From positions 690,001 to 722,000 of the forward strand of contig CP002278.1 of NCBI GenBank assembly GCA_000166095.1: DNA of 32,000 nucleotides, read 5' to 3'. The DNA comes from Methanothermus fervidus DSM 2088. Its GTDB lineage: Archaea > Methanobacteriota > Methanobacteria > DSM-2088 > Methanothermaceae. Position numbers and translations under genes: made by a program. Positions 18,319 through 29,263 of the stretch are shown piece after piece; within the stretch, counting starts at the first letter, position 1; each line of letters opens with the position of its first letter. The notes beneath the pieces are model-generated. The model was not told where the DNA came from and did not search any database. It worked only from the letters and a program-made list of their open reading frames with translations.

Positions 18319-19737
18319 ATGGAAAAACTTGTACTTGAACCCGTCACTCGTATTGAAGGCCATGCAAAAATTACTGTACAGTTAGATGAAGAAGGAAATG
18401 TTAAAGATACCAGATTTCATGTGATGGAATTTAGAGGATTTGAAAAATTCTTGCAAGGTAGGAGGATAGAAGAAGCTCCAAGAATAGTTCCTAGAATATG
18501 TGGTATATGTCAGGTCCAACACCATTTAGCTAGTGCAAAAGCTGTTGATGCATGCTTTGGATTTGAACCAGAAGATATTCCTGAGACTGCATACAAGATG
18601 AGAGAAATAATGAATTGGGCCTCATATGTTCATTCACATGGTTTACATTTCTATTTCTTGGCCGCACCTGATTTTATAGGCGGTAAAGACAGAGAAACTA
18701 GAAATATATTTAAAATAATACAAGATTCTCCAGATGTTGCAAAACAGGCTATAGAATTACGAAAAAATGCACAGGACATTGTAGCTGCAACAGGTGGCAG
18801 AGCTATCCACCCAGTTAGTTTTATACCAGGAGGAATCACTACAGAACTGGACAAAGAAACTCAGGAAAAATTATTAAAGAAGGCTAAAAGGAATGTAGAA
18901 ATTGCAGAGTCAACACTTGAATTAGCAATTCCTATATTTGAAGATAATATGGATCTTGTGGAATCATTAGGAACAATAGAAACTTACCATATGGGTTTAG
19001 TGAAGAATGGTACATGGGATGTATATGATGGAGTTGTGAGGGTAAAAGATAAAAATGGAGAAAATTTTGCAGAATTTGGACCAGATGAATATACAAAATA
19101 CATTGCTGAACATGTAAAACCATATTCCTGGCTTAAATTCCCATATCTCAAAGAATTAGGATATCCTGATGGCGTATACAGAGTTTCACCACTTTCAAGA
19201 CTTAACGTAGCTGACAAGATGCCAGACGCTGCTCCAAAAGCCCAAGAATATTTCAAAGAATTTAGAAATAAATTTGGATATGCACAACAACCTTTACTTT
19301 ACCACTGGGCAAGATTAATAGAAATGTTAGCAGCGGCAGAATGCATGGCCAGTGTTCTTGAAGAAGATTTATCAGGCAAAAAAATCCACGGAAAACTTGA
19401 AAGACAAGAAGGTGAAGGTGTAGGTATCGTAGAGGCTCCTAGAGGAACTCTAATTCACCACTATGCATGCGACAAAAATGGTATTATAACCAAAGCTAAT
19501 TTGATTGTAGCTACAGTGCAAAATAATCCTGCTATGGAGATGGGAATACAAAAAGTTGCAAAGGAACGTATAAAACCAGGTGTAGACGTAGATGATAAAA
19601 TCTACAATTTAATGGAGATGGTAATCAGGGCTTATGATCCATGTCTATCTTGTGCTACACACACAGTAGATGGAAAAGTAAAATTATTTACATTGGAGGT
19701 TCTTGACAGTGAGGGCAATGTTGTAAAGAGACTATGA
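18319..19737 (+). CDS. mvhA: F420-non-reducing [NiFe]-hydrogenase large subunit MvhA
   Basis: '[13 protein letters not shown]', N-terminal metal motif '[14 protein letters not shown]', C-terminal 'DPCLSCATH' followed by a 24-aa extension expected to be cleaved on maturation. Confidence 0.97.
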
Positions 19738-19802
19738 TAATATTTATATGTGAGTAATCATCTACTGTGGATATATCATACTACAATCACTGTGGTGGTC
19801 TC

Positions 19803-21041
19803 ATGATAGTTATCAATAAAGAAGATTGTATTAGATGTGGCGCCTGTCAGGGAGTCTGTCCTACAGGTGCAATTAGTGTGAAGCCAGAAGATGTTATATA
19901 TTGTGATATGTGTGGAGGAGAACCAAAATGCGTTGAAGCATGCCCCAATGACGCATTACGACATGAAGATATTACTTTAGAAGGAGGAATCAAAAAAAAG
20001 AAAATAACTTATAGTCCAGAAAAATGTGATAAATGTGGAGAATGTGTAAAAGTATGTCCACCTGGTATTCTAAAACTTGTTAATGATGGAAAAGCAAGTA
20101 GAGTTCCTCTAGAGGGGTTTTGTGTTTTATGCCAACAATGTGTCAATGTTTGCCCAATTGAAGTAATAGGAATAGAAGGTGTTAAGGAACCTGCTAGAGT
20201 AGAGATCAAAATTGATAAGCCCATATATATTGTAGATTGTGTTGGTTGTGGATTATGTGTACCTGAGTGTCCAGTTAATGCTATTACTTTACCAAAATAT
20301 GGAGAAAGCATTGAGATTGATGAAGAAAAATGTATCAAATGTGGTATTTGTGCACAAACATGTCCATGGAATTCCGTTTATATATCTGGAAAAAAACCTC
20401 AAAAACGTTCCAGAACTATCGAGAATTTTACACTTGATAAAGAGGAGTGTATTGGATGTAATACTTGTGTAGAAATATGCCCAGGAGGATTTATAGAACC
20501 AAAATCAGATTTGACAGTTTCATTACCAGAGATTTGTCCAGCATGTGGTCTTTGTGAAAAATTATGTCCAACAGATGCAATTGAATTGGAAGTAAAATTA
20601 GGACCAGCTAAACCAGTAACAGAGGAAGGAATTGTGTACAATGACGAAAATTGTAAATTCTGTGGTAGATGTGCACTAAATTGTCCAAATGAGGCTATAC
20701 GCGTTGTAAGTCCAAAAGGACGTGTATTCCCAGGACTTAAAAAGGTGGATGAAAAGGAATCATATACTATTTGTACAACTTGTGGTGCATGTACAACAGT
20801 GTGTCCAACAGGAGCATTAAAACTTGTTGAAGTCAGTAAAAAAGTCAATGGAGAAACTGTTAAGAGGAATAGAATACAGTACAATCCATCTTTATGTGAT
20901 AAGTGTGGAAATTGTGTTGATGTTTGTCCTTATGGAATATTGAAGTTAACTGATGACGAAAAATTACCAGTGAAAGGATTCTGTATTTTATGTGAGAAAT
21001 GTATTGATGCATGTAGGTTCAATGCTCTCCTTCTAAAATAA
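19803..21041 (+). CDS. mvhB: Polyferredoxin MvhB, 12 predicted [4Fe-4S] motifs
   Basis: Twelve cysteine clusters of CxxCxxCxxxC type (one variant, [15 protein letters not shown]); directly downstream of mvhA. ATG at 19803 ([13 protein letters not shown]) preferred over 19767. Confidence 0.94.
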   Translation: MIVINKEDCIRCGACQGVCPTGAISVKPEDVIYCDMCGGEPKCVEACPNDALRHEDITLEGGIKKKKITYSPEKCDKCGECVKVCPPGILKLVNDGKASRVPLEGFCVLCQQCVNVCPIEVIGIEGVKEPARVEIKIDKPIYIVDCVGCGLCVPECPVNAITLPKYGESIEIDEEKCIKCGICAQTCPWNSVYISGKKPQKRSRTIENFTLDKEECIGCNTCVEICPGGFIEPKSDLTVSLPEICPACGLCEKLCPTDAIELEVKLGPAKPVTEEGIVYNDENCKFCGRCALNCPNEAIRVVSPKGRVFPGLKKVDEKESYTICTTCGACTTVCPTGALKLVEVSKKVNGETVKRNRIQYNPSLCDKCGNCVDVCPYGILKLTDDEKLPVKGFCILCEKCIDACRFNALLLK

Positions 21042-21062
21042 TTTTATTTTTTCTTTTTCTCC
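21042..21062 (+). terminator. T-rich archaeal-type terminator after mvhB
   Basis: TTTTATTTTTTCTTTTTCT immediately following the mvhB stop. Confidence 0.45.
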
Positions 21063-21125
21063 ATGATTATTACTAATTATTTGTTATTTATGATTTATTT
21101 AACATTTTCTTTTTTATTTTTTTAG

Positions 21126-21140
21126 TAAAGGATATAAACA
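21126..21140 (+). promoter_or_regulatory. Candidate TATA box for the mrt operon
   Basis: TAAAGGATATAAACA about 125-135 nt upstream of mrtB. Confidence 0.4.
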
Positions 21141-21262
21141 GTTTTTAACATAGCTTCAAAAAACATCTGGATGCTGATGAATATATTTGTGATTTTAAAT
21201 TATGATGTTGGCCAAAAATTTTATTATTAATAAAAAATTACATAAAAATATGAGGTGACAAA

Positions 21263-22594
21263 ATGGCAATTTATGAAGACAAAATAGATTTGTACGATGC
21301 TAACGGAAAATTGTTAGATGAAAACGTACCATTAGAAGCAATAAGTCCTCTAAAAAATCCAACTATTGGGAAAATTGTTAACGATGTAAAAAGATCAGTG
21401 GCTGTTAATTTAGCAGGTATAGAAAACAGTCTTAAAAAAGCAGCATTAGGTGGAAAAGCTAATTTTATTCCTGGTAGGGAATTAGATTTAGACATTGTAG
21501 AAAATGCTGAGATAATCGCAGAAAAAATTAAAAAAATGGTTCAAGTTGATGAAAACGATGACACAAACGTTAAAATGATAAATAATGGGCAACAATTACT
21601 TGTACAAGTTCCAACCATAAGAATTGAAAGAGCTGCAGATTACACCGTTTCCACATTGGTTGCAGGCGCTGCAACAATTCAAGCAATAATAGATACATTT
21701 GATGTAGACATGTTTGATGCAAGTACTGTAAAAACAGCTGTGCTCGGACGATATCCACAAACTGTAGATTTCACTGGTGCAAATGTTGCAGCAATGTTAA
21801 GTCCTCCTGTACTTCTAGAAGGTCTTGGATATGGATTAAGAAATATTTTAACAAATCACATAGTTGCAACTACAAAGAAAAATACATTAAATGCAGCTGC
21901 ACTATCATCAATATTAGAACAAACTGCAATGTTTGAAACTGGGGACGCTGTTGGAGCATTTGAAAGATTGCATTTACTTGGTCTAGCATATCAAGGCTTA
22001 AACGCTGATAATTTGGTATATGATTTAGTTAAAGAAAATAAAAAAGGAACTGTTGGAACTGTAATAGCTTCTCTTGTTGAAAGAGCCATAGAAGATAAAG
22101 TAATAAAAGTAAGCAAAGAAATGCCATCAGGCTTTAGAGTTTATGAACCTATTGATTGGGCATTATGGAATGCATATGCTGCAGCTGGATTATTAGCAGC
22201 CACAATAGTTAATATAGGCGCTGCAAGGGCAGCTCAGGGTGTAGCATCAACAGTTCTTTACTACAATGATATTTTAGAATATGAAACTGGCCTGCCTGGC
22301 GTTGATTTTGGAAGGGCAGAAGGTACAGCTGTAGGTTTCTCATTCTTCAGTCACTCAATCTATGGTGGTGGAGGACCTGGAATATTCCATGGAAACCATG
22401 TTGTGACAAGGCATAGTAAAGGATTTGCATTGCCTTGTGTTGCCGCTGCAATGTCTTTAGATGCTGGAACACAAATGTTTTCACCTGAAAGAACTTCAGG
22501 ACTCGTTGGACAAGTTTATAGTGAAATAGACTATTTCAGAGAACCAATTAAATATGTAGCTGAAGGGGCTGCAAAAATTAAAAATAAAATCTGA
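21263..22594 (+). CDS. mrtB: Methyl-coenzyme M reductase beta subunit (isoenzyme II type)
   Basis: '[35 protein letters not shown]', '[47 protein letters not shown]', '[33 protein letters not shown]'. Confidence 0.94.
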   Translation: MAIYEDKIDLYDANGKLLDENVPLEAISPLKNPTIGKIVNDVKRSVAVNLAGIENSLKKAALGGKANFIPGRELDLDIVENAEIIAEKIKKMVQVDENDDTNVKMINNGQQLLVQVPTIRIERAADYTVSTLVAGAATIQAIIDTFDVDMFDASTVKTAVLGRYPQTVDFTGANVAAMLSPPVLLEGLGYGLRNILTNHIVATTKKNTLNAAALSSILEQTAMFETGDAVGAFERLHLLGLAYQGLNADNLVYDLVKENKKGTVGTVIASLVERAIEDKVIKVSKEMPSGFRVYEPIDWALWNAYAAAGLLAATIVNIGAARAAQGVASTVLYYNDILEYETGLPGVDFGRAEGTAVGFSFFSHSIYGGGGPGIFHGNHVVTRHSKGFALPCVAAAMSLDAGTQMFSPERTSGLVGQVYSEIDYFREPIKYVAEGAAKIKNKI

Positions 22595-22606
22595 GGTGTT
22601 TTTATA

Positions 22607-23104
22607 ATGGAAAAAATGGAAAAAGTAGAATTTATTGATGTAAAAGTTGTTCCTTATAGACTACTAAATCCACAAACTGTGGAAACAATTCTAAACAAAA
22701 TTTATGATTTGGATGGAATAGTTAGAGTTTTGGTTCATGGGCCTTCAATACCTAAAGAAATACCATACGGACCTGCAAAAGGAATAAAAGTTAATCATAA
22801 AGATAGACAAGTCATAAAAGTTAAGGGAGAAGAAGTAGAGTTAAAAGTTAAGGTTGGAGAGATAATTGTTGGAGTACTTTGTGATGATAAAATGGATGAA
22901 AATATTGGCAAAATTGAAAAGATTATGGATGAAAACTTACCTTGCTCATACCAAATGTGGGTTGGTACATATACAAAGAGAGATGTGACTGTTACTGATT
23001 GGATGAAATATGGTCCAAAATTTGAGAAAAAATTAGATCCAAGATATATAGGTCTTGTAGATCCAAATTCAAAGGTCAAAGAAAATGTAAAATTAATAAA
23101 ATAA
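22607..23104 (+). CDS. mrtD: Methyl-coenzyme M reductase operon protein D
   Basis: 'DVKVVPYRLLNPQTVETILNKIYDLDGIVRVLVHGPSIPK', 'LKVKVGEIIVGVLCDD'; between B and G genes. Confidence 0.92.
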   Translation: MEKMEKVEFIDVKVVPYRLLNPQTVETILNKIYDLDGIVRVLVHGPSIPKEIPYGPAKGIKVNHKDRQVIKVKGEEVELKVKVGEIIVGVLCDDKMDENIGKIEKIMDENLPCSYQMWVGTYTKRDVTVTDWMKYGPKFEKKLDPRYIGLVDPNSKVKENVKLIK

Positions 23105-23120
23105 TCTAGAGGATTAAACA

Positions 23121-23924
23121 ATGGCATATGAACCTCAATTCAATCCTGGAGAAACCAAAATAGCTGAAAATAGAAGAAAACACATGAATCCCAATTATGA
23201 ATTAAAAAAATTGCGTGAAATTGCTGATGAAGACATTGTAAGAGTATTAGGACATAGATCACCAGGTGAAAGCTTTAAAACTGTACATCCTCCATTAGAA
23301 GAAATGGATTTTGAAGAAGATCCCATGAAGGACATTGTTGAGCCAATAGAAGGTGCAAAACAAGGTACAAGAATTAGATATATACAATTTGCTGACTCCA
23401 TGTATAATGCTCCTGCACAACCTTATGACAGAGCTAGGACATACATGTGGAGATTCAGAGGTGTGGACACTGGAACATTGTCAGGAAGACAAGTTATTGA
23501 GATGAGGGAGTTAGACCTTGAAAAGGTTTCAAAAATCCTTTTAGAAACAGAAATTTTTGATCCAGCAAGATGTGGAATAAGAGGAGCAACAGTGCATGGA
23601 CATTCTTTAAGGTTTGATGAAAATGGTCTGATGTTTGATGCATTGCAAAGATATATTTATGATGAAGATTCAGGTCATGTCGTTTATGTCAAAGATCAAG
23701 TTGGAAGACCCTTAGATCAACCTGTTGATATGGGAGAACCATTACCTGAAGATGAACTTAAAGAAATAACAACGATTTACAGAAAAGACAATATTGGAAT
23801 GAGAGAAGATGAAGAGTTACTGGAAGTTGTAAATAAGATCCATGAAGCAAGAACCATTGGCGGATTCGGCATGGAAGTATTTAAAAAAGATTTAAATAAA
23901 AGATTAGGTGGTGCTAATGAATAA
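23121..23924 (+). CDS. mrtG: Methyl-coenzyme M reductase gamma subunit (isoenzyme II type)
   Basis: '[61 protein letters not shown]', '[30 protein letters not shown]'. Confidence 0.94.
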   Translation: MAYEPQFNPGETKIAENRRKHMNPNYELKKLREIADEDIVRVLGHRSPGESFKTVHPPLEEMDFEEDPMKDIVEPIEGAKQGTRIRYIQFADSMYNAPAQPYDRARTYMWRFRGVDTGTLSGRQVIEMRELDLEKVSKILLETEIFDPARCGIRGATVHGHSLRFDENGLMFDALQRYIYDEDSGHVVYVKDQVGRPLDQPVDMGEPLPEDELKEITTIYRKDNIGMREDEELLEVVNKIHEARTIGGFGMEVFKKDLNKRLGGANE

Positions 23925-25581
23925 GAAAAATAAAAAATTATTTTTAGAGGCATTAGAGAAAAAATTTAAAGGCGAATCTCCAGAAGAAAAGAAAACAACA
24001 TTTTATTGTTTTGGAGGATGGAAACAATCTGAAAGAAAAAGAGAATTTGTTGAATATGCAAAAAAACTTGCGAAAAAGCGAGGAATTCCATTTTATAATC
24101 CAGATATAGGAGTACCTCTTGGACAAAGAAAATTGATGGCATATAGAATTTCAGGTACAGATGCATATGTTGAAGGAGATGATTTACACTTTGTAAATAA
24201 TGCTGCAATTCAACAGATGGTAGATGATATAAAGAGAACTGTAATTGTTGGAATGGATACTGCTCATGCAGTTCTTGAAAAAAGACTTGGTGTAGAAGTT
24301 ACACCAGAGACTATCAATGAATATATGGAAACAATTAATCATGCATTACCAGGTGGAGCAGTTGTTCAAGAACATATGGTGGAAGTACATCCAGGACTTG
24401 TAGACGATTGTTATGCAAAAATATTCACAGGGAATGATGAGTTAGCTGATGAACTTGATAAAAGAGTACTTATAGACATTAATAAAGAATTTCCCGAAGA
24501 ACAAGCAGAAATGCTTAAAAAATACATAGGTAATAGGACATATCAAGTTAATCGAGTTCCAACAATAGTTGTTAGATGTTGTGATGGTGGAACTGTTTCA
24601 AGATGGTCAGCAATGCAAATAGGTATGAGCTTTATTTCAGCATATAAATTATGTGCTGGTGAAGCTGCAATTGCAGATTTCTCATTTGCTGCTAAACATG
24701 CAGACGTAATTGAAATGGGTACAATATTGCCAGCAAGAAGAGCTAGAGGTCCTAATGAACCTGGAGGAATTCCATTTGGAGTGTTTGCAGATATAATTCA
24801 AACATCAAGAGTTAGTGACGATCCTGCACGTATCTCTCTAGAGGTTATAGGTGCAGCAGCCACTTTATATGACCAGGTATGGTTAGGATCCTACATGTCA
24901 GGAGGAGTAGGATTCACACAATATGCAAGTGCTACCTATACAGATGATATCTTAGATGACTTTGTTTACTATGGTGCAGAGTATGTAGAAGACAAATACG
25001 GATTCTGTGGTGTGAAACCATCAATGGAAGTTGTTAAGGATATAGCAACCGAAGTTACACTTTATGGTCTTGAACAATATGAAGAATATCCAACACTTCT
25101 AGAGGATCACTTTGGAGGTTCACAAAGAGCAGCAGTCGTTGCTGCAGCAGCAGGATGCTCAACAGCATTTGCAACTGGAAATTCAAATGCTGGAATCAAT
25201 GCATGGTACCTTTCACAGATATTACATAAAGAAGGCCATTCAAGATTAGGATTTTATGGTTATGATTTACAAGATCAGTGCGGAGCATCAAATTCCTTAT
25301 CAATTAGAAGTGATGAAGGCCTTGTCCATGAATTACGTGGACCTAACTATCCAAACTATGCAATGAATGTTGGACATCAACCAGAATATGCAGGTATAGC
25401 CCAAGCACCACATGCTGCAAGAGGGGATGCTTTCGTTGTCAATCCATTAATAAAGGTTGCATTTGCAGACAACGATCTCAGCTTTGACTTCAGATGGCCC
25501 AGAAAAGAAATTGCAAGAGGAGCATTAAGAGAATTCATGCCAGACGGTGAAAGAACATTGATAATACCTGCAAGTAAATAA
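23917..25581 (+). CDS. mrtA: Methyl-coenzyme M reductase alpha subunit (isoenzyme II type)
   Basis: '[51 protein letters not shown]', '[24 protein letters not shown]', '[28 protein letters not shown]', '[25 protein letters not shown]'. ATG at 23917 preceded by AGGTGG preferred over GTG 23908. Confidence 0.96.
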   Translation: MNKKNKKLFLEALEKKFKGESPEEKKTTFYCFGGWKQSERKREFVEYAKKLAKKRGIPFYNPDIGVPLGQRKLMAYRISGTDAYVEGDDLHFVNNAAIQQMVDDIKRTVIVGMDTAHAVLEKRLGVEVTPETINEYMETINHALPGGAVVQEHMVEVHPGLVDDCYAKIFTGNDELADELDKRVLIDINKEFPEEQAEMLKKYIGNRTYQVNRVPTIVVRCCDGGTVSRWSAMQIGMSFISAYKLCAGEAAIADFSFAAKHADVIEMGTILPARRARGPNEPGGIPFGVFADIIQTSRVSDDPARISLEVIGAAATLYDQVWLGSYMSGGVGFTQYASATYTDDILDDFVYYGAEYVEDKYGFCGVKPSMEVVKDIATEVTLYGLEQYEEYPTLLEDHFGGSQRAAVVAAAAGCSTAFATGNSNAGINAWYLSQILHKEGHSRLGFYGYDLQDQCGASNSLSIRSDEGLVHELRGPNYPNYAMNVGHQPEYAGIAQAPHAARGDAFVVNPLIKVAFADNDLSFDFRWPRKEIARGALREFMPDGERTLIIPASK

Positions 25582-25598
25582 TTCCTCTCTTTTTTTCT

Positions 25599-25787
25599 TT
25601 ATTCTTTTTCTATAATAATTTCATGTTTGTCTAGGTCAATCTCCACAATTTTTCCTTTTATTTTGTTTTCTCTATTCAAAATATCTTTCATGTAAATCTC
25701 ATCACCATCTACTTTTATCAAGATCACGTCATCCATTAGTAATTCACCATTTTTTAAATATACTTTTGATTCACACATTTTATTCAC
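25599..25787 (-). CDS. CooT-like small nickel-binding family protein
   Basis: 'MCESKVYLKNGELLMDDVILIKVDGDEIYMKDILNRENKIKGKIVEIDLDKHEIIIE' matches the N-terminal MCE/MCL..VYL...GE..M.DV..I..DG..I...DI pattern of the CooT family; family call from recall. Confidence 0.7.
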   Translation of the reverse strand: MNKMCESKVYLKNGELLMDDVILIKVDGDEIYMKDILNRENKIKGKIVEIDLDKHEIIIEKE

Positions 25788-25901
25788 CTAAAAAATTTAA
25801 CTATAGTTATTCAAAAATAGTTCACTTAAATAAATATTTAAAATTTTTTAATTTTTATGAAAATTTGTCTTATCAAAAAATTATTCATAGGTGTAAAGTT
25901 C

Positions 25902-26357
25902 ATGATAATTGGTGAAAAAGAGCTAAGGAAAATCTTTAGAAGTAAAGATATACAGCCAGCAGGGATTGACCTAAGATTAAAAAATTTATATGAACAGAAG
26001 TCAGCTGCAAGTTTAATAAATGAAGAAAAAAATTTACCGAAATTAAATAAAATAGAAGGACCAATATATGAATTGAAACCTGGTAAAGCTTATTTAGCTG
26101 AAACTCAAAAAATAAAAATTCCAAGAGGTTATGCAATGTTATATTTTCCACGTTCAACGCTTATTAGGTCTTTTGTAGATGTCAGAACAGCACTTGGAGA
26201 TCCTGGTTTTGAAGGAAAGTTGTATTTTTTAATAGTAAATCATGGTGAATATATATACAAGATAAAAAAAGGAGAAAGATTTGCACAAGCTGTTTTAGTT
26301 AAGGTTAAAGGATCTGGAAAATACAATGGTGATTACCAGAATTTTCAAATTGAATAA
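25902..26357 (+). CDS. dcd: dCTP deaminase / dUTPase family
   Basis: 'MIIGEKELRKIF..DIQPAGIDLRLK', 'MLYFPRSTLIRSFVDVRTALGDPGFEGKLYFLIVN', 'KGERFAQAVL'. ATG at 25902 preferred over 25857. Confidence 0.88.
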   Translation: MIIGEKELRKIFRSKDIQPAGIDLRLKNLYEQKSAASLINEEKNLPKLNKIEGPIYELKPGKAYLAETQKIKIPRGYAMLYFPRSTLIRSFVDVRTALGDPGFEGKLYFLIVNHGEYIYKIKKGERFAQAVLVKVKGSGKYNGDYQNFQIE

Positions 26358-26373
26358 ATTGGAGGATTTTTAA

Positions 26374-27252
26374 TTGACAAAGCGTGAAGACTCAAAAGTC
26401 AGAATTGCATTACCATCTAAAGGAAGAATAAGCAAGCCAGCTATAGATTTATTAAATAATGCAGGAATTTTCATGCAAGAAACTGGAACAAGAAAATTAT
26501 TTTCACGTACAAACCATCCAAACATAGATGTGATGTTTACACGTGCTGCTGATATACCTGAATTTGTAGCAGATGGAGCGGCAGATGTAGGAATAACAGG
26601 GCTTGATTTAATTTTAGAAAAAAATCGTGACGTTATAATTTTAGATGATTTAAAGTTTGGTGAAGCTAAATTAGTGTTAGCATCTCCTGAAAATTCAAAA
26701 ATTAAATCAAAAAAAGACCTGAAAAACGGATTAACAGTTGCAACAGAATTTCCTAAATTAACTAAAGAATATTTTGACAAATTAGGAATTGATGTTAAAA
26801 TTGTTGAAGTTAGTGGATCAACTGAAGTAACTCCATTAATAGGAGTTGCAGATCTTATTGTAGATTTAACAAGTACTGGTACAACTTTAAGAATGAATAG
26901 ACTAAAAGTTATTGATACTATTCTAGAAAGCTCTGTTAGATTGATAGCAAATAAAGAAAGTTACAAAGAAAAAAATAAAACAATTGAAGAGATAAGGACG
27001 GCTTTGAAAGGCGTTGTTGAAGCAAAAAACAAAAAACTGATAATGTTAAACATCGAAGAAGAAAAAGTGGAAGAAGTAAAAAAAATTGTACCAGGAATGA
27101 CAGGTCCCACAGTTTCAAAAGTTTTGCATAATAATATGGTTGCAGTACATGCAGTTGTTGATGAAGATGAAGTATTCAGAGTTGTAAATGAATTAAAGAG
27201 AATAGGAGCAAGGGACATACTTATTGTACCAATAGAAAGAATACTAGATTAA
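26374..27252 (+). CDS. hisG: ATP phosphoribosyltransferase, long form
   Basis: 'VRIALPSKGRISKPAIDLLNNAGI', 'FVADGAADVGITGLDLILE', 'EVSGSTEVTPLIGVADLIVDLTSTGTTLRMN', C-terminal regulatory domain. TTG start with GGAGG. Confidence 0.94.
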   Translation: MTKREDSKVRIALPSKGRISKPAIDLLNNAGIFMQETGTRKLFSRTNHPNIDVMFTRAADIPEFVADGAADVGITGLDLILEKNRDVIILDDLKFGEAKLVLASPENSKIKSKKDLKNGLTVATEFPKLTKEYFDKLGIDVKIVEVSGSTEVTPLIGVADLIVDLTSTGTTLRMNRLKVIDTILESSVRLIANKESYKEKNKTIEEIRTALKGVVEAKNKKLIMLNIEEEKVEEVKKIVPGMTGPTVSKVLHNNMVAVHAVVDEDEVFRVVNELKRIGARDILIVPIERILD

Positions 27253-27321
27253 TATTAGCAAAAAATTTATTAAGGTCTAAAAAACAAATACCTTTGTCCA
27301 TAAATTAAAAGAGTGAGATAA

Positions 27322-28284
27322 ATGAAAAAGAAAATATTTTACTTTATTTTAGCTATATTGGCAGTAGGATTTTCAATGTATTGCATTAAAACTAATTATG
27401 CACAACAAAATAATACAACTGGTTGGGTTGGTAAAGAAAAATGGATTGAAGGCAAGCCCAATGTGCTTCTACATAGTTTATCCTGTATTGTAACAGTAAC
27501 AGTAAAAAATAATGCCAACAGACCATATTATTTCAAAATTAGTCAAAGGTACACAGCAGAAGGTAGATTAAAGGAGGGAATAAAATGGGTAATTGTTGAT
27601 ACTTATCCAAAAGCAGACAAAATGATTAGGACAAGTTATACAGACCTTGGAGGAGATTATGGGTGGAGAATTGGTCCTAAAGAAACAAAGACAGTTACAT
27701 TTGTACTAGCTGCTAAAGGCCCTCTTGGAGAAGAGGGTAGTTGTATTTTACCAGAGGGCATGCTTCCTAGTAATGCATCTTGGCCACTTGTTAGTGAACC
27801 AGGTCTTTATACAAGTTGGTTTATGCCAGAAGAATTAGAATCATTGAATCCAGACTTACAAATTGTAGGATGGAGAGGTACATTTTTCTTTAAAGCTGAA
27901 AACATGGTTGATGAAGCTGTAAGTGGCATAATCAGAGCACCTATAGTACCTATAAATTCAAAGTTAGTATATAGTGATCCTCCTGCATTAATAGATAAAT
28001 CATCATTGCCTGGTTCAGAAATTGCATATTGGGATGTTAAATTTTATCCTGAAGAGACTAAGAGTTTTACATACACTTATAAATGGACTGGTAGTAAAAC
28101 CACTGTTGGAGCTTTTAAAGAAGTTACACAAGCATATCAATATCGTGCACCAATATCTAATAAAACATATCCAGGACAAACAACAGTTCCAACAAAAGAA
28201 ACAGGTGCACCACTTGCTCCATTATTACTTGGTGCATTGGCAATAGCAACTGGAGCCATATATGCAAAATTCTTTAGGCCTTAG
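27322..28284 (+). CDS. Predicted secreted, C-terminally membrane-anchored protein of unknown function
   Basis: N-terminal signal 'KKKIFYFILAILAVGFSMYCI', beta-rich ectodomain, C-terminal 'APLLLGALAIATGAIYAKFF'. No family recognised. Confidence 0.7.
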   Translation: MKKKIFYFILAILAVGFSMYCIKTNYAQQNNTTGWVGKEKWIEGKPNVLLHSLSCIVTVTVKNNANRPYYFKISQRYTAEGRLKEGIKWVIVDTYPKADKMIRTSYTDLGGDYGWRIGPKETKTVTFVLAAKGPLGEEGSCILPEGMLPSNASWPLVSEPGLYTSWFMPEELESLNPDLQIVGWRGTFFFKAENMVDEAVSGIIRAPIVPINSKLVYSDPPALIDKSSLPGSEIAYWDVKFYPEETKSFTYTYKWTGSKTTVGAFKEVTQAYQYRAPISNKTYPGQTTVPTKETGAPLAPLLLGALAIATGAIYAKFFRP

Positions 28285-28328
28285 GCCTTAATTTTTTTCT
28301 TTTTAAAAAAAATAAAAAAGGAAAAAAA

Positions 28329-29249
28329 TTATTCTCCACCAGTAATAATGTCTTGTTCTTTAAATGCTTCCTCAATTTTCTTTATTACTGGATCTACTTT
28401 AACTTGGTGAGCATCTATCACTATATCTTTAATGTCAAGTCCCATTGCAATTCCATAAAGTTGTGCTAAATGCATTACTGGAAGGTTATACTCTTCTCCA
28501 AATTTTTCTTTTATCTCTATTTGACCCCTATCGAATTGTAAGTGGCAGAATGGACATACATTCACTATTACATCAGCGCCTGCATCTAGCATATTGTTTA
28601 TTTTTTCTCTTGTATAGTCAAGAGCAACTTCTAGATCTCTGGATCTTACACCACCACCAGCACCACAACACATCATCTTATCTTTGTAATCTATTGATTT
28701 TGCACCAGTAATTTCAACAAGTTCGTCTAGTATTTTTGGATTTTCTGGATTATCAATGCCTAATTCATCGCTTGGTTTTAAGAAGTGACAACCATAATGC
28801 ACTGCAACATTGAGACCATCAAGTGGATTCACAATGAATTCTTTTAATTTATCGAGGCCCACATCATTATATAAAATTTCAGCGAGATGTCTTACCTTAA
28901 TTTTTCCTTTAAATTCTCTATTTACATTTGAAAGAATGTTATTAACTTTATTTCTCATTTCTTTATCTTCTTTTAGTAAATGATTTGCTTCAAATAATGA
29001 TCCAAAACATCCATTACACTCTGTCATTATGTCTAAACCCATTTCTTCTGCAATAGTTATGTTCCTTGCTGCAATGCTTGCCCAGGTAGTTCTATCAAAT
29101 GATCCAAAAACACCAGGTGCTGGACAACAAGATGCTCCTTTCATGTCAACTAATTCAATTCCAATTTTTTCACAAACAACTCTTGTTGCTTTTTCTATAC
29201 CAGGATACCTATTTGGCATTATACATCCAAGGAAATATGCAAACTTCAT
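28329..29249 (-). CDS. hdrB: CoB--CoM heterodisulfide reductase subunit B
   Basis: Two CCG domains: '[32 protein letters not shown]' and '[31 protein letters not shown]'. Confidence 0.95.
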   Translation of the reverse strand: MKFAYFLGCIMPNRYPGIEKATRVVCEKIGIELVDMKGASCCPAPGVFGSFDRTTWASIAARNITIAEEMGLDIMTECNGCFGSLFEANHLLKEDKEMRNKVNNILSNVNREFKGKIKVRHLAEILYNDVGLDKLKEFIVNPLDGLNVAVHYGCHFLKPSDELGIDNPENPKILDELVEITGAKSIDYKDKMMCCGAGGGVRSRDLEVALDYTREKINNMLDAGADVIVNVCPFCHLQFDRGQIEIKEKFGEEYNLPVMHLAQLYGIAMGLDIKDIVIDAHQVKVDPVIKKIEEAFKEQDIITGGE

Positions 29250-29263
29250 ATTTTATCACCTTT

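Noticed and set aside
20399-20884. 161-aa and neighbouring antisense/overlapping ORFs in mvhB (20009-20338, 20239-20472)
   Set aside because: All overlap the Cys-motif-rich polyferredoxin frame, which fully explains the region.
19803-21041. Repetitive Cys-rich DNA as tandem repeat or CRISPR-like array
   Set aside because: Repetition comes from tandem ferredoxin domains in a coding frame with diverged DNA; no direct repeats with uniform spacers.
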